Shown: positions 10,647-20,525 of the stretch, piece after piece
Layout of the letters: every line of letters begins with the position of its first letter
Numbering within the stretch: the first letter of the stretch is position 1
Virus record (IMG/VR): IMGVR_UViG_3300042350_004528
Coordinates: 62,001 to 126,000 of that record
DNA length: 64,000 nucleotides
Direction: 5' to 3' (one strand)
Made by a program: the position numbers and the translations under genes
The notes under the pieces: generated by a model
The model's input: the letters and a program-made list of their open reading frames with translations, nothing else
What the model was told of the DNA's origin: nothing
Databases searched by the model: none

Positions 10647-13445
10647 TTATATTAATGGTTGTATTGGTGCAACATTACCATTTTGGTAGTTACCAAAACC
10701 CCTATTGTATGAATCCGTAATTGATTTAAGCCTAGAACCAATCAAATCTCTTGCACCATACATTTGATCCCAAGTAACAACTTTTCCATCGTCTGATTTT
10801 ATTGTAATAACTCCACTATGTTGAACTGCGTTTGTTGAGCCTCGACCACCAGAACCTGCGGCTCTTTCAGCGGCTGCTTGATCTATAAATTGAACCATAT
10901 CTCCTTTGTTAAATTTAGCGTATGTACCGTCTTTATAAATAACACCATCGTCAAATGCTCCAGCGTCATAAGCATCTATACCAGCGTTAGCGGCATCTAG
11001 CCCAATAGATATGGCGGTTCCAACACCTGGGAATGTTGATGCAACACCCGATCCTAAAGCAAGTGCGGCTTGTCCCCAATCACCTTCAGCGGCTTGGCTA
11101 ATAGCATCTATAATACCTATAGCTAAGCCAACACCTGGTATTCTTTTAGCTATTTGTTTACCAACTAACTTACCAGCTGTTTGCGCCCCTAATTTAGCGC
11201 CAATTTTTTTACCAGCAACGGGTATACCTTTTTTAAGTAAAGCTTCTCCAGTCTTTAAACCCGCTTTAGTTGTAAAATTACTAAATGATTTATCACCTTC
11301 CATTTTGCCAGCTAATTCAGATTGGGCGTTTTCGCCGTACATGCCTTTGAGAAAATCACTACTAGCTATTGCTTCTTGTTGCATTTTTAAACCAGCGTTT
11401 TTCATTTTATCACCCAAACCAAATGGTAATGAATCACCTATAATAGCAAGTAAAGCACCCATACCATTTTTTAATATTGGTGTTACAAATGTTATAATTT
11501 CACTGATAATTGGTATCGCAACTTCTTTAAACAACAATCCAAGTGTTTTACCAACCTTAGTCATAAAACTACCGTCACCTTTAAATATCTCTTCGACTTT
11601 TTCAAAGATTGATTTTGCTTTATCTAATAATATTTTAAAACCTTCAGCCAAACCATTTGATCCCATGATTTCTTCGGTAACAAATTTAGCTATTCTGGTT
11701 CCAGCACCCTCAACCATTTGTAAAAATGATTCAAAATCTGTACTACCAAATAATTTATTAAATACAGTTGAAAATCCTAACATAAATCTATCAACGATCA
11801 TTGATAATCTTTCAAGAAGATTTTTTCTTTGTATTGCGGCATCTTCATTTTTCTTTCTAGCATCAATTATTGCCTTTAATTGGTTTTTGTCCGTGATATT
11901 TTCAAGTAATTTTGTTGTACCATCAGACATTCTTATTTCGTATTTACCCTGTTGGTTTAATTGCATTAAACTTGCAATACCTAAACGATCCTCTTCTTCT
12001 AAACCCATTAAACTAAAACCAGCTTTACCGAGTGCGGTCATTTTATCCGCAATCTTAGCTTGTTCTAAAGCAGTATTTTTAAGTTCATTATAATCTTGAC
12101 CTAATGTTTCAGCAGCTATTTGGAGCATTTTTCTTTCAGCTGGTGGTATAATAAAATCTTTACCACTTTTGATTATAGCACCTTTTACTAAACCAGTAAC
12201 TCTTTCAGCTAATTTAGCTGGATCATTCATGGATTCAAATGCGAGTTGCATTGGATCACCAAAATTCTCAGCAAATTTTCCACCTAACACTTGCATTTTT
12301 GCGGATGCCTCAACAGCTTTTTCTAAATCAGAAAAAGAATCTGTAAACGATTCGGTTGATTTTACAATATCAAATCTAATTGCGGTAGCTTTTGCCGCTA
12401 ATTTTGTTAAATTATCTAAACCTCTACCAAAACCAATACCACTTAAACTTTCAACAAGACCTTTGTATGTTTTTAATACTTTTGTGGAGTTTAAATTCAT
12501 TTTAGCGGCCACATTTCTGGCTTTATCGGTTAAGTTAATTGTTCTTTCGAGTGATATACCAATATTATCAAAGCTAGATGCTAATTCAGCGGCACCTTGT
12601 ACGCCTAAATTTGTACCTAAACCTAATTCAATTAATTGTTCAACCTCACGTTCGTTGAATAATCTATTCTTACCAGTGGTTTCACTAAATGTTGACATTA
12701 ACATTGCAACATCTTTCATTGTTCCACCAAATTTCATGGCTGACAATGTAAGTGATGCAAAATTATTTAATAAACCCCTCGATTCTTCAGCCGTTAATCC
12801 AATATCAGCCGCTAAATTTCCAACTGTACTTTGTATTTCTAAAAATGTATTAAAGGCTTTTTTAAGCGGAGCTAAAACCATCTTAACAAGAATGCTACCA
12901 ACCTTTATTAAGGTTGATGCGACAGTTCCTAATATAGAAAATACCGAACCTAATACGCTACCAATACTAACCATAACGTCAGATATAGCAGCGCCGACAG
13001 ATCCCATTCTACCCAACAATGGTATAGTTCTTCTCATTTGTTGTTGTGTAACCTTATTCATTTGGTTATCCAACTTCATTTTGTCTCTTTGTTTCGTTAA
13101 AGCATCAGCAAATGCTGTGTCACCTTTTTTTCTAGCTTTTAATATTTTTAACTCTAGTTTTTCAATTAAAGCATCATTTTCTTTAATTTTTTTACTAAAC
13201 TCTAAATTTTGTTTTTGTTGTTCTCTGATTTTTTTACCAACACTAGCAACTCTCTTTAATACATTTAACCCTTTGACATCGGATTTTAACATATCTTTTC
13301 TTGCTTTACCAACGTTCATTTCTGCGGTGTATACATCATTAAGTATATCACGCATTTGTTCAGCATTAACGACACCAGCAGCTAGTGCTCGTTCAAGAAC
13401 ACCGCCAGCTTCAGTAAATTGCCTAAAAAGATCTCCTTGAGCCAT
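10647..13445 (-). CDS. Tail tape measure protein
   Basis: 932 aa, Ala/Gly/Lys-rich and helical, with a hydrophobic Gly-rich C-terminal region (IPGVGLAIG...FPGVGTAIS); downstream of tube and chaperone genes. Confidence 0.85.
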   Translation of the reverse strand: MAQGDLFRQFTEAGGVLERALAAGVVNAEQMRDILNDVYTAEMNVGKARKDMLKSDVKGLNVLKRVASVGKKIREQQKQNLEFSKKIKENDALIEKLELKILKARKKGDTAFADALTKQRDKMKLDNQMNKVTQQQMRRTIPLLGRMGSVGAAISDVMVSIGSVLGSVFSILGTVASTLIKVGSILVKMVLAPLKKAFNTFLEIQSTVGNLAADIGLTAEESRGLLNNFASLTLSAMKFGGTMKDVAMLMSTFSETTGKNRLFNEREVEQLIELGLGTNLGVQGAAELASSFDNIGISLERTINLTDKARNVAAKMNLNSTKVLKTYKGLVESLSGIGFGRGLDNLTKLAAKATAIRFDIVKSTESFTDSFSDLEKAVEASAKMQVLGGKFAENFGDPMQLAFESMNDPAKLAERVTGLVKGAIIKSGKDFIIPPAERKMLQIAAETLGQDYNELKNTALEQAKIADKMTALGKAGFSLMGLEEEDRLGIASLMQLNQQGKYEIRMSDGTTKLLENITDKNQLKAIIDARKKNEDAAIQRKNLLERLSMIVDRFMLGFSTVFNKLFGSTDFESFLQMVEGAGTRIAKFVTEEIMGSNGLAEGFKILLDKAKSIFEKVEEIFKGDGSFMTKVGKTLGLLFKEVAIPIISEIITFVTPILKNGMGALLAIIGDSLPFGLGDKMKNAGLKMQQEAIASSDFLKGMYGENAQSELAGKMEGDKSFSNFTTKAGLKTGEALLKKGIPVAGKKIGAKLGAQTAGKLVGKQIAKRIPGVGLAIGIIDAISQAAEGDWGQAALALGSGVASTFPGVGTAISIGLDAANAGIDAYDAGAFDDGVIYKDGTYAKFNKGDMVQFIDQAAAERAAGSGGRGSTNAVQHSGVITIKSDDGKVVTWDQMYGARDLIGSRLKSITDSYNRGFGNYQNGNVAPIQPLI

Positions 13446-13453
13446 TCGTTAAA

Positions 13454-14125
13454 TTAAAAATCTATTGTAATTATTTTTCCACCACTACCTAATAAAGCGT
13501 TGTTAATATTATAAGATGATTTATTATTATTTAAATCATTATAAAAACTTCTAAAATCATTTTGATTAAAAGCTCTATTTTTAATTACCATACCAACTAA
13601 ATCAGTTAACTTATCATCATTAAATATGATTGATATTGATTTACCTTTTAAAAGTACTAAAGTATCACCTTCTAAATTTGTCGATGATATTAAATAACTG
13701 AATTTTGAATTAAAAGTATTTTGGTCTAAATCAGCCGCTGGTAAAACCCTGTGAGTTTTCATTAAGGCGTAAATTTTATAAATATCTCTATGGTGTTTTG
13801 TTGGTAAATCAACTGTTCTACCATCAATATCAACTCTAGTTGCACCACTACCTCTTAACAATTGATCAGCTGCGTATTGAATCTCTCTTGTATTTTGGTC
13901 TGTCTTGGACATTATATTTAATAGTTTTTGATCTCTATCACTTAACCCAAGTCCTCTTTTAACTTTGTTCATTAATTGATTTATGATACCCCTATCATTT
14001 GGTTTAAACACTTGTTTAATATCTTGTTGACTACCTTTAAGAACTTCATTAATGTTTTCATCATTTGTTGTGAAATCATTATTTTCGATCATACGTATTC
14101 TTTCTTTTATTTTTTCGATAGACAT
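13454..14125 (-). CDS. Hypothetical late protein
   Basis: 223-aa ORF with TATTTATA 16 nt upstream of the ATG. Confidence 0.7.
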   Translation of the reverse strand: MSIEKIKERIRMIENNDFTTNDENINEVLKGSQQDIKQVFKPNDRGIINQLMNKVKRGLGLSDRDQKLLNIMSKTDQNTREIQYAADQLLRGSGATRVDIDGRTVDLPTKHHRDIYKIYALMKTHRVLPAADLDQNTFNSKFSYLISSTNLEGDTLVLLKGKSISIIFNDDKLTDLVGMVIKNRAFNQNDFRSFYNDLNNNKSSYNINNALLGSGGKIITIDF

Positions 14126-14163
14126 GATTTTTTACTTTTTATATAAATAGTTTTAAATTAAAA

Positions 14164-14185
14164 AACCCACAAGAAATTGTGGGTT
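14164..14185 (-). terminator. Rho-independent terminator after the tail chaperone genes
   Basis: AACCCACAA-GAAA-TTGTGGGTT hairpin; the adjoining A-run reads as a U-tract on the minus strand. Confidence 0.8.
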
Positions 14186-14189
14186 CTAT

Positions 14190-14459
14190 TTATTTTCTTT
14201 TAGAATTAGCTTTGGCAACTTCTCTTTCTCTATGTTCCTTAACTTTTTTATTCTCTTCCATTAGTATATCAATAAAAGCCCTTCTCTCATAAACTGGCAT
14301 ATGTAATATATCAGCGTAGCTAAAATTACCGTGTTTTATGAGAATGTAGAACTCATAGAGTATATCTTTCTTATAAGTCGAGGTAAGGCCAAAGAAATTT
14401 TGAGGTAATCGGAAGTTCACCAAAAAAAAATTCACCACTTGGCGCTTGGATTGATACAT
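14190..14459 (-). CDS. Second tail assembly chaperone ORF (gp51-like / lambda T-like); probably made as a frameshift extension
   Basis: FSYADILHMPVYERRAFIDIL matches the small chaperone pattern (YS..EI..M..WER). Overlaps the upstream chaperone by 89 nt. Confidence 0.65.
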   Translation of the reverse strand: MYQSKRQVVNFFLVNFRLPQNFFGLTSTYKKDILYEFYILIKHGNFSYADILHMPVYERRAFIDILMEENKKVKEHREREVAKANSKRK

Positions 14460-15126
14460 TAAGATCTAAACCTGGTTCATTATCATTAATGTACTTTCTA
14501 AGAGCCCCAGAATCACCAACTGGCATCTGATCAATAAATGATTGAATTTGTCCTCTATCTCTTATACCATCAATTTCTGTAACTTGAGCTGTTAATCTCA
14601 TGGTTAATAATTGAGAAATAGCATTTTGACCAAGCTTCTTTCTTCTAGCTTCATCTTCTTTAACCAGTTTTTCATCTTCATCGGCTGTTAAATATTTAAA
14701 TTTAACTTTCTTTTTACTTCTTGGTAAGAAAAAATCACATTCACCATTTTCATCTGGATTAATAGAAATTTCTTTAGCCTGGAATTGACTGATATCAATT
14801 TCGGTTTCAAATCTTTCCCCAGTCTTAGGGTCAGATAACTCAACTGGATACATTTCACCATAACCAGTAGCTCTTAAAAAGAAGAGAATTGCGTTTTTAT
14901 CACCAGAAAGCATTTGACCAGCTTTTAAATCTTGGTCGATTACTTTTTTGTCTAACAAAACGTCAATAACTTTACCACTCTGTAAAAGGTTTGGTGATGT
15001 CAAGATGTTTTCATCAGCAGCTGTTAAGTAAGCCACTTTAACAGTTGATTTTTTATTTTTGTAAAATTTACCTTGCGAAGGCAAAGAAATCACGTCATGC
15101 GCTGGTTCCATAAATGAATTATCCAT
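14371..15126 (-). CDS. Tail assembly chaperone / baseplate hub assembly protein (T4 gp26-like)
   Basis: ISLPSQGKFY...VAYLTAADENILTSPNL and C-terminal FLWP; located between tube and tape measure genes. Confidence 0.75.
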   Translation of the reverse strand: MDNSFMEPAHDVISLPSQGKFYKNKKSTVKVAYLTAADENILTSPNLLQSGKVIDVLLDKKVIDQDLKAGQMLSGDKNAILFFLRATGYGEMYPVELSDPKTGERFETEIDISQFQAKEISINPDENGECDFFLPRSKKKVKFKYLTADEDEKLVKEDEARRKKLGQNAISQLLTMRLTAQVTEIDGIRDRGQIQSFIDQMPVGDSGALRKYINDNEPGLDLNVSIQAPSGEFFFGELPITSKFLWPYLDL

Positions 15127-15245
15127 ATAATAATTTTTTTTGTTCTTTAATTATAATCTATTCTTAAATAGTGTAAACTATCTTTTTTTTATTTTTTACC
15201 GTTTACTTGAGATTTCACGGTAATTATAGTTAATAATAGAACAAT

Positions 15246-15647
15246 ATGGCTAAAAAGAAAAGTAAAATCGGTAAAATGTTTAAAAAAATGAATGGTACAT
15301 CAAGTCTTGAGACAACCTTTGGTGAATTACTAACTTCGATGGGTGTGTCATTTGAACCACATTTTATCTTTAAAAATAGGGAATATGATTTTTTATTAAC
15401 TGATTACAATATATTGGTTGAAACCCATGGATGTTTTTTTCATTGCTGTAAAACGCACAACCCAGAACCAAAATACGCTTTCCAAAGAAAAAATTTAAAA
15501 AACGATCAACATAAAGTTAAGATTGTTAAGTTTGATAAGACTTACACTTTATTGGTGATTTGGGAACATGAAATGAAAGAAACTAAAAACGTTAAAAAAA
15601 AGATAAACGAATTTATCAACAAATACGGTAATCTATTGAATGGATAA
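15246..15647 (+). CDS. Vsr/DUF559-like PD-(D/E)XK endonuclease
   Basis: YDFLLTDYNILVETHGCFFHCC resembles Vsr HGCFWH; C-terminal LLVIWEHE is typical of the family. Confidence 0.75.
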   Translation: MAKKKSKIGKMFKKMNGTSSLETTFGELLTSMGVSFEPHFIFKNREYDFLLTDYNILVETHGCFFHCCKTHNPEPKYAFQRKNLKNDQHKVKIVKFDKTYTLLVIWEHEMKETKNVKKKINEFINKYGNLLNG

Positions 15648-15654
15648 AAAAAAG

Positions 15655-15689
15655 ACCCGATTGCTGATCTTACGGTAAGCAAATCGGGT
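15655..15689 (-). terminator. Probable terminator between the tube gene and the convergent nuclease gene
   Basis: ACCCGATTGCT...AGCAAATCGGGT imperfect stem next to an A-run (U-tract on the minus strand). Confidence 0.55.
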
Positions 15690-15713
15690 ACTGTTATTAT
15701 CTTTATTACAAAA

Positions 15714-16202
15714 TTAGTATACCAAGATACATCTATCTGGTCTAAGAGTAGCTGTGATTTCAGCAATATCTTCTGCACTGTAATCCAATGAACCAAAGTC
15801 AACGTTGGTCAAGAATGTTCCCTGAAGGATCCATTTTTCAACAACAACACCAGTTGGGTCTAACATCTCAAGTTCGATGTCTTTCTTATAACCAGCTGCG
15901 TAACCCATACGACCTGTAACAGATTCGGCATGTAGACGAACCCACTCCATTAACGCTTGAGCGGCTGATGGCCCAATAGGGTCTTTAAATGTAACGTCAA
16001 TAGATTCCCAGTTAAATCTACCAGCTACATAAGTTGATGTATTCAAAAACGGGATTTCAACCTCACCAATGGTGATCTTAGGTCTTGACGTTGAAATTAC
16101 AAACCATTCGTTAATACCCAATGAACTTGGAAATCTTAGGATAAACCTGTTTTGTTTCTTCGGTTCGTAAGGTACAGGCATTTTCATTAATAAGTTCGCC
16201 AT
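15714..16202 (-). CDS. Tail tube protein (T4 gp19-like)
   Basis: YEPKKQNRF, WESIDVTFKDP, YKKDIELEMLDPTGVVVEKWILQG, LDYS; directly downstream of the sheath gene. Confidence 0.92.
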   Translation of the reverse strand: MANLLMKMPVPYEPKKQNRFILRFPSSLGINEWFVISTSRPKITIGEVEIPFLNTSTYVAGRFNWESIDVTFKDPIGPSAAQALMEWVRLHAESVTGRMGYAAGYKKDIELEMLDPTGVVVEKWILQGTFLTNVDFGSLDYSAEDIAEITATLRPDRCILVY

Positions 16203-16237
16203 AATTTTCTATTTTTTTTAATTGATTATTTCTTTTA

Positions 16238-16247
16238 TATAAATATC
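16238..16247 (-). promoter_or_regulatory. Putative late promoter motif GATATTTATA upstream of the tail tube gene
   Basis: Same motif precedes several other structural genes. Confidence 0.55.
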
Positions 16248-16319
16248 TGGTAAAATCGCTTTGTTCAGATACTTTTTTATTTTACAATAAATAGTTGAAA
16301 AAAAAATTTTTGTAAACAC

Positions 16320-16350
16320 TTGACTTTATCATTTTTTTTCCTTACTATTG
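16320..16350 (+). promoter_or_regulatory. Variant Bacteroidota-type promoter TTG-N20-TACTATTG in the tube-sheath intergenic region
   Basis: Same 20-nt spacing as the promoters at 29582 and 59296, and the same TAnnATTG variant as at 36525-36555. Confidence 0.45.
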
Positions 16351-16514
16351 AATAGGGCCTTTTATATAAAAGGTACTTTTAATACATACTATATACATAA
16401 ATAGTTAACAATATTAATAAATAATAGATAAATAATAAAATGTATAATGGTACTCTTATATAAAAGGAACTTATGATATAAGGTACTGCGCAATTTTTAA
16501 AATTGGTACATAAA

Positions 16515-16539
16515 AAAAGGGCTCGAGTAGAGCCCTTTT
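16515..16539. terminator. Bidirectional Rho-independent terminator after the sheath gene
   Basis: Perfect AAAAGGGCTC-GAGTA-GAGCCCTTTT hairpin with A/T runs on both sides. Confidence 0.85.
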
Positions 16540-16557
16540 AAATTTATTCTATTTTTA

Positions 16558-19500
16558 TTAGATATTATCGAATGATACGCTTGTTGGTGTAACCACGAAT
16601 TCCAATTCAATGAATTCCAATGTTGGTGTTGGTTTAAGGAAGATTTTACCTCTAAGTGTATTTCTATCATTATCCTCAACTTCATTCACCAATGAAACTC
16701 TAAAGTCGGTTAAACCTCTTTCTTTTCTGATGTTATCCAATATTGGGTTAACAAGTGATAAGAATTGACTTCTAACCTGCGCATCATTTGGATCAAACAA
16801 TAATCTGTTTGCTACTGCTACAATTAATTTTCTTGCTTGTAACAATAATCTTCTGATGTTTAATCTGTTCAATGCACTATCTCTCAATTGAAGGTTTCTG
16901 TTACCCCAAATTACATTTCCTACGTCAGAGAATGTAGCGATAGGGTTAATTCTACCTGGGTAAAGAATGTCCCTGCTTTCTTGATCCAATGCGATACGAG
17001 CTCTGATACAGTTAACGATACCTCTATTGTAACCTGCGGTTGCAAACCAAGGATGTGCTACGTTATCAGTAAAGGCTAAGTTTCTTACAACCTCAGCTGT
17101 TGGTGGGATGTAAAGGTTAGCATTATTCTCGGTATCTGAAATTTGAATCCAAGGATAGTATACAGCGGTATAGTTAGAATCGATTTCTGTTGTTTCCAAT
17201 TCATCGATGATATCATTAGGGAATAACCAATCTTCTGTGTTAGCAGCGTTGTTATTACCAATTAACTTGATATCAGGTAAAGTTGGTAAGTAAATTGAAT
17301 CTAATCTTTTTTCTTCAACTATTTCAATGGTGTCTCTAACCAACTCTGTGTTGTTAAGTATATCGATACCAGGTGTAGCTAAGATGTTGATTACTGTTTG
17401 TTCTGGATTTTCAAAAGTTTTAACACCATACAAGTATGAGTAGTAATCTGAAGTACCAAACAAGTCACCATATTCAACACTTGTGAATGTATCAAATCCA
17501 GCGGCTACGAAACCATTTCTACCGATTTTATAATCATCACCATTAGTTCTTTGTTCTCTGTAAATATCCCAACCATCAAATCCTCCAGACAATAAAGCTG
17601 TGAATTTTCTTGTTTTAATGTCGTGATATGGGTGAGTTAACGTTGAAGCAATGACAACTGGATCAACAAAAGTACCAACACCAGCTGCAAATACATTATT
17701 TCCATTTGTATCTACAATTGTACCAGCGTTAATATCCAAGTGGAAACCTTTTGTTTTAGTTGTCCAATCTAAACCATCATTGTAAGCATTATCACCAGTT
17801 AAAGAAACTTTACCTTTAAATTGTAATAAGTCAGCATCAAAACCGTACTCAAGGTCGGTAAAACCTAAGTAAATCTTTCTAACTTTATCACCAAGAGAAA
17901 ATATCGGTGTAGAGAATGGTGGGTTTACGATTAATTCACCTGGAGCGTAGTATTTTGTTTTGTAAGATAATTCAGGTACACCGCAGAAATCAGCTTCAGT
18001 TGAACCTGTTCCAAATGTTCTAAACTCATATCCTTCAAAACCTGAAGCAACCGCATCAATTGGGGCGTTTTCAGCCATTTCAACAACCACATAAGAACTT
18101 CTTAATGGGTATTTGTTGTCAATGGTACCAATTCTTCTACCAATGTAATTGTCTTGCGACTCGTCCATAGATACAGATAAAAATCTTTCAAGGAAGAATG
18201 GGTTCTTATCACTATCAGCAAATGCTCTAATGTAAACGTCAAAAGTTTTTCTGTCTAAATCAACGTTACCGATTGAAACTTTAATATCCGTGTTAGCGTT
18301 ACTACCATCAGATATAGATATAAATCTAAATAATCTTTGTGGTAAACCACCTCTTAACTCAGATACGAAAAATGGTGTTGCGGGTGATTGAAATTGGAAT
18401 TTTAAATGATCCCAAGTATTAATTGGTATCAAATCAAAGTGCAAACCTTTAATTTCATTAAAGTTCCAACCTTTCTTTATAACAGAATCGTAAACTTCTT
18501 CAACAAATAAGAAAGCATCTTTATCAAACGCCTGTGTACCTAAAACATTTTTAATATAGTTTTTCTTGGTTTTATCAAGCGAAACGGTATAAGAGAAATT
18601 TGTACCACCAGTAGTTGTACCAGTAATTTCAAAAGTCGCATACGGGTTAGTTAAAGCAGCATCAAATTGGTCATAAGCTACTGTTGTTGAATCAACATTG
18701 TAACCCAATACGTTCGAAATATATTGACCCCTACTTCTTAATGTTGCAACAGTCTTTTTATGGTATTTTTGATTTGGTGAACAAACGTAATCGTAAACAA
18801 CTAATTTAATCTTACCAGAATAAATTGTCGCTGTGGTACCAGTGATATCGTAGGCAAACAATGCAAAAGAGGTTCCTTCGTATTGATCAGATGTTTCATT
18901 AAAGGTAAATTCTTTTATCAAGATATCATCTGTTCTGTCAGCAACTGGAATACCAATAGCCAATTCATACGCATCTAAGAAAGCGGGTGTTGCTGGGCCA
19001 GTGCCAGTTAATACCTGAGCATTTCTATCTGTAACAAGTGCTGTTTGTTCAGAGCTGTCCAAAATACCCCAATAAGATACATTGTTTTTATACCAATCTT
19101 TTAGAGTGTAGTTTGTTACATTGAAGAAGTTATAATAAGCCGTATCGAATTTAGTTGTATCAACACCAGTTAATGTTGATATATGATCAATAACCTCTGT
19201 TGAGGTACCAGATAATACAAAAGTACCAGGTTGACCAACAGGTACATCGATATCAACCGTAAAGTCAAATACATAAGTTGTATCTGTATACGCTAATGTG
19301 TTTTTATTACATGTTCCTAAAGTCCTAATTGCATAACCCATACCAGCATCATAGCCAGAAAGACCCAATACACGGGTTACAAATAACTGATTTGATTGAC
19401 TTAAGTACGATTTTGCAATGTACGGTAATTCATATTTTACGATTTGAGTGTTTCTAAATCTTTCTGGGCTAGTACCACCAAAACTAACTTTAAATTCATC

Positions 19501-19650
19501 ATAATTTCTGATGAAAATAGGTTGGAAGGCAGGCCCTTTCTTTGTTTCACCCACTAATCCTAGGGTTGTAACACCAACTGTCTCAGTAGTAAATGTTAAA
19601 TCTTTTTCTGAGGTATAGACACCTGGTGATGCATAAACTTTGTTTGCCAT
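16558..19650 (-). CDS. Tail sheath protein (T4 gp18-like)
   Basis: N-terminal YASPGVYTSEKD; C-terminal YYPW, WFATAGYNRG, LYPGRINPI, RLNIRRLL, PTPTLEFIEL motifs. Confidence 0.95.
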   Translation of the reverse strand: MANKVYASPGVYTSEKDLTFTTETVGVTTLGLVGETKKGPAFQPIFIRNYDEFKVSFGGTSPERFRNTQIVKYELPYIAKSYLSQSNQLFVTRVLGLSGYDAGMGYAIRTLGTCNKNTLAYTDTTYVFDFTVDIDVPVGQPGTFVLSGTSTEVIDHISTLTGVDTTKFDTAYYNFFNVTNYTLKDWYKNNVSYWGILDSSEQTALVTDRNAQVLTGTGPATPAFLDAYELAIGIPVADRTDDILIKEFTFNETSDQYEGTSFALFAYDITGTTATIYSGKIKLVVYDYVCSPNQKYHKKTVATLRSRGQYISNVLGYNVDSTTVAYDQFDAALTNPYATFEITGTTTGGTNFSYTVSLDKTKKNYIKNVLGTQAFDKDAFLFVEEVYDSVIKKGWNFNEIKGLHFDLIPINTWDHLKFQFQSPATPFFVSELRGGLPQRLFRFISISDGSNANTDIKVSIGNVDLDRKTFDVYIRAFADSDKNPFFLERFLSVSMDESQDNYIGRRIGTIDNKYPLRSSYVVVEMAENAPIDAVASGFEGYEFRTFGTGSTEADFCGVPELSYKTKYYAPGELIVNPPFSTPIFSLGDKVRKIYLGFTDLEYGFDADLLQFKGKVSLTGDNAYNDGLDWTTKTKGFHLDINAGTIVDTNGNNVFAAGVGTFVDPVVIASTLTHPYHDIKTRKFTALLSGGFDGWDIYREQRTNGDDYKIGRNGFVAAGFDTFTSVEYGDLFGTSDYYSYLYGVKTFENPEQTVINILATPGIDILNNTELVRDTIEIVEEKRLDSIYLPTLPDIKLIGNNNAANTEDWLFPNDIIDELETTEIDSNYTAVYYPWIQISDTENNANLYIPPTAEVVRNLAFTDNVAHPWFATAGYNRGIVNCIRARIALDQESRDILYPGRINPIATFSDVGNVIWGNRNLQLRDSALNRLNIRRLLLQARKLIVAVANRLLFDPNDAQVRSQFLSLVNPILDNIRKERGLTDFRVSLVNEVEDNDRNTLRGKIFLKPTPTLEFIELEFVVTPTSVSFDNI

Positions 19651-19756
19651 ATTTGTTTAATTTTAATTTTTTTTATTTACCTTTTACTTACAATAAATAT
19701 CTCTGATTTTTTCAAAAAACAAGAAATACTATTTACTTTTTAAATTATTTTACGAG

Positions 19757-20524
19757 TTATGACTTTTCAACAACTGTAAATGTTCTACTTATTGCTGGAG
19801 TCACCTCAAAATCTTCTGGATCAAGAATAAAACCTTGTAACATAAACGAATAAAGCTGTACATAAAACCTTTTATTATCTAAGTCCGTGATTTGACTTTC
19901 ATCGGATGTATCTTCCAAAATAATTGGTATGTAATGACCATTTACAACAGCATAAGCTTGTCGACTTTGGAAATGCTTAAAAACTATTGCGTTAAATTTA
20001 TTTAGATCCTGTTGTCTGTAAGCAAAAATTCTAACATCGTAATTAATGTCAATTGGAATTGGTTGTGGTATTTTGTAAATATCAACACCCTTTCTATTAC
20101 CATCCCAAGTTGGTACTTCCGAATAAATAAATGACTTACCTTGTGGTATATTGTATATCAAAGACGGATTCGTACCTGGTTTAGTGTCAGGTTGTCTAAC
20201 TATGTTTACGAATGGTATTTTAATGTTTTTGTATTCATCTGAAAAGTTCCATGTTTTAGAAAACTCAGTCCATTTTTGGATACCCATCATAAAAACTGGA
20301 ACTTTATTACCGTTTAGAGTCAAAGCCATATTTTCGGTTACAAAATCTTTAAAACCAGCATCTAAGTCAATATGTAAAACACCCTTAGGTAAATAAGTAT
20401 CTTTATCGATAATCATGTCCTTCATATTTTCAGCAGCACCACTTTCCATGATGTAAGGATACTCGATATTAGGCCTATCTCTCGATATATTTATTTTTTT
20501 CTTATAAGAACCTGGTAATGCCAT
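19757..20524 (-). CDS. Tail completion/terminator protein (gp15-like)
   Basis: Position between neck and sheath genes; beta-rich pattern (QPIPIDINYDVRIF...GHYIPIILE). Confidence 0.5.
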   Translation of the reverse strand: MALPGSYKKKINISRDRPNIEYPYIMESGAAENMKDMIIDKDTYLPKGVLHIDLDAGFKDFVTENMALTLNGNKVPVFMMGIQKWTEFSKTWNFSDEYKNIKIPFVNIVRQPDTKPGTNPSLIYNIPQGKSFIYSEVPTWDGNRKGVDIYKIPQPIPIDINYDVRIFAYRQQDLNKFNAIVFKHFQSRQAYAVVNGHYIPIILEDTSDESQITDLDNKRFYVQLYSFMLQGFILDPEDFEVTPAISRTFTVVEKS

Positions 20525-20525
20525 A

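Noticed and set aside
903-10655. Short plus-strand ORFs inside the tail genes (903, 2434, 6483, 7777, 9240, 10344) and similar short overlapping ORFs elsewhere in the track
   Set aside because: Fully overlapped by long, motif-bearing genes; no independent evidence.
11011-13440. Long plus-strand ORFs (360 aa and 423 aa) antisense to the tape measure gene
   Set aside because: Shadow frames of an Ala/Gly/Lys-rich gene; composition mirrors the antisense codons; no family motifs or start signals.
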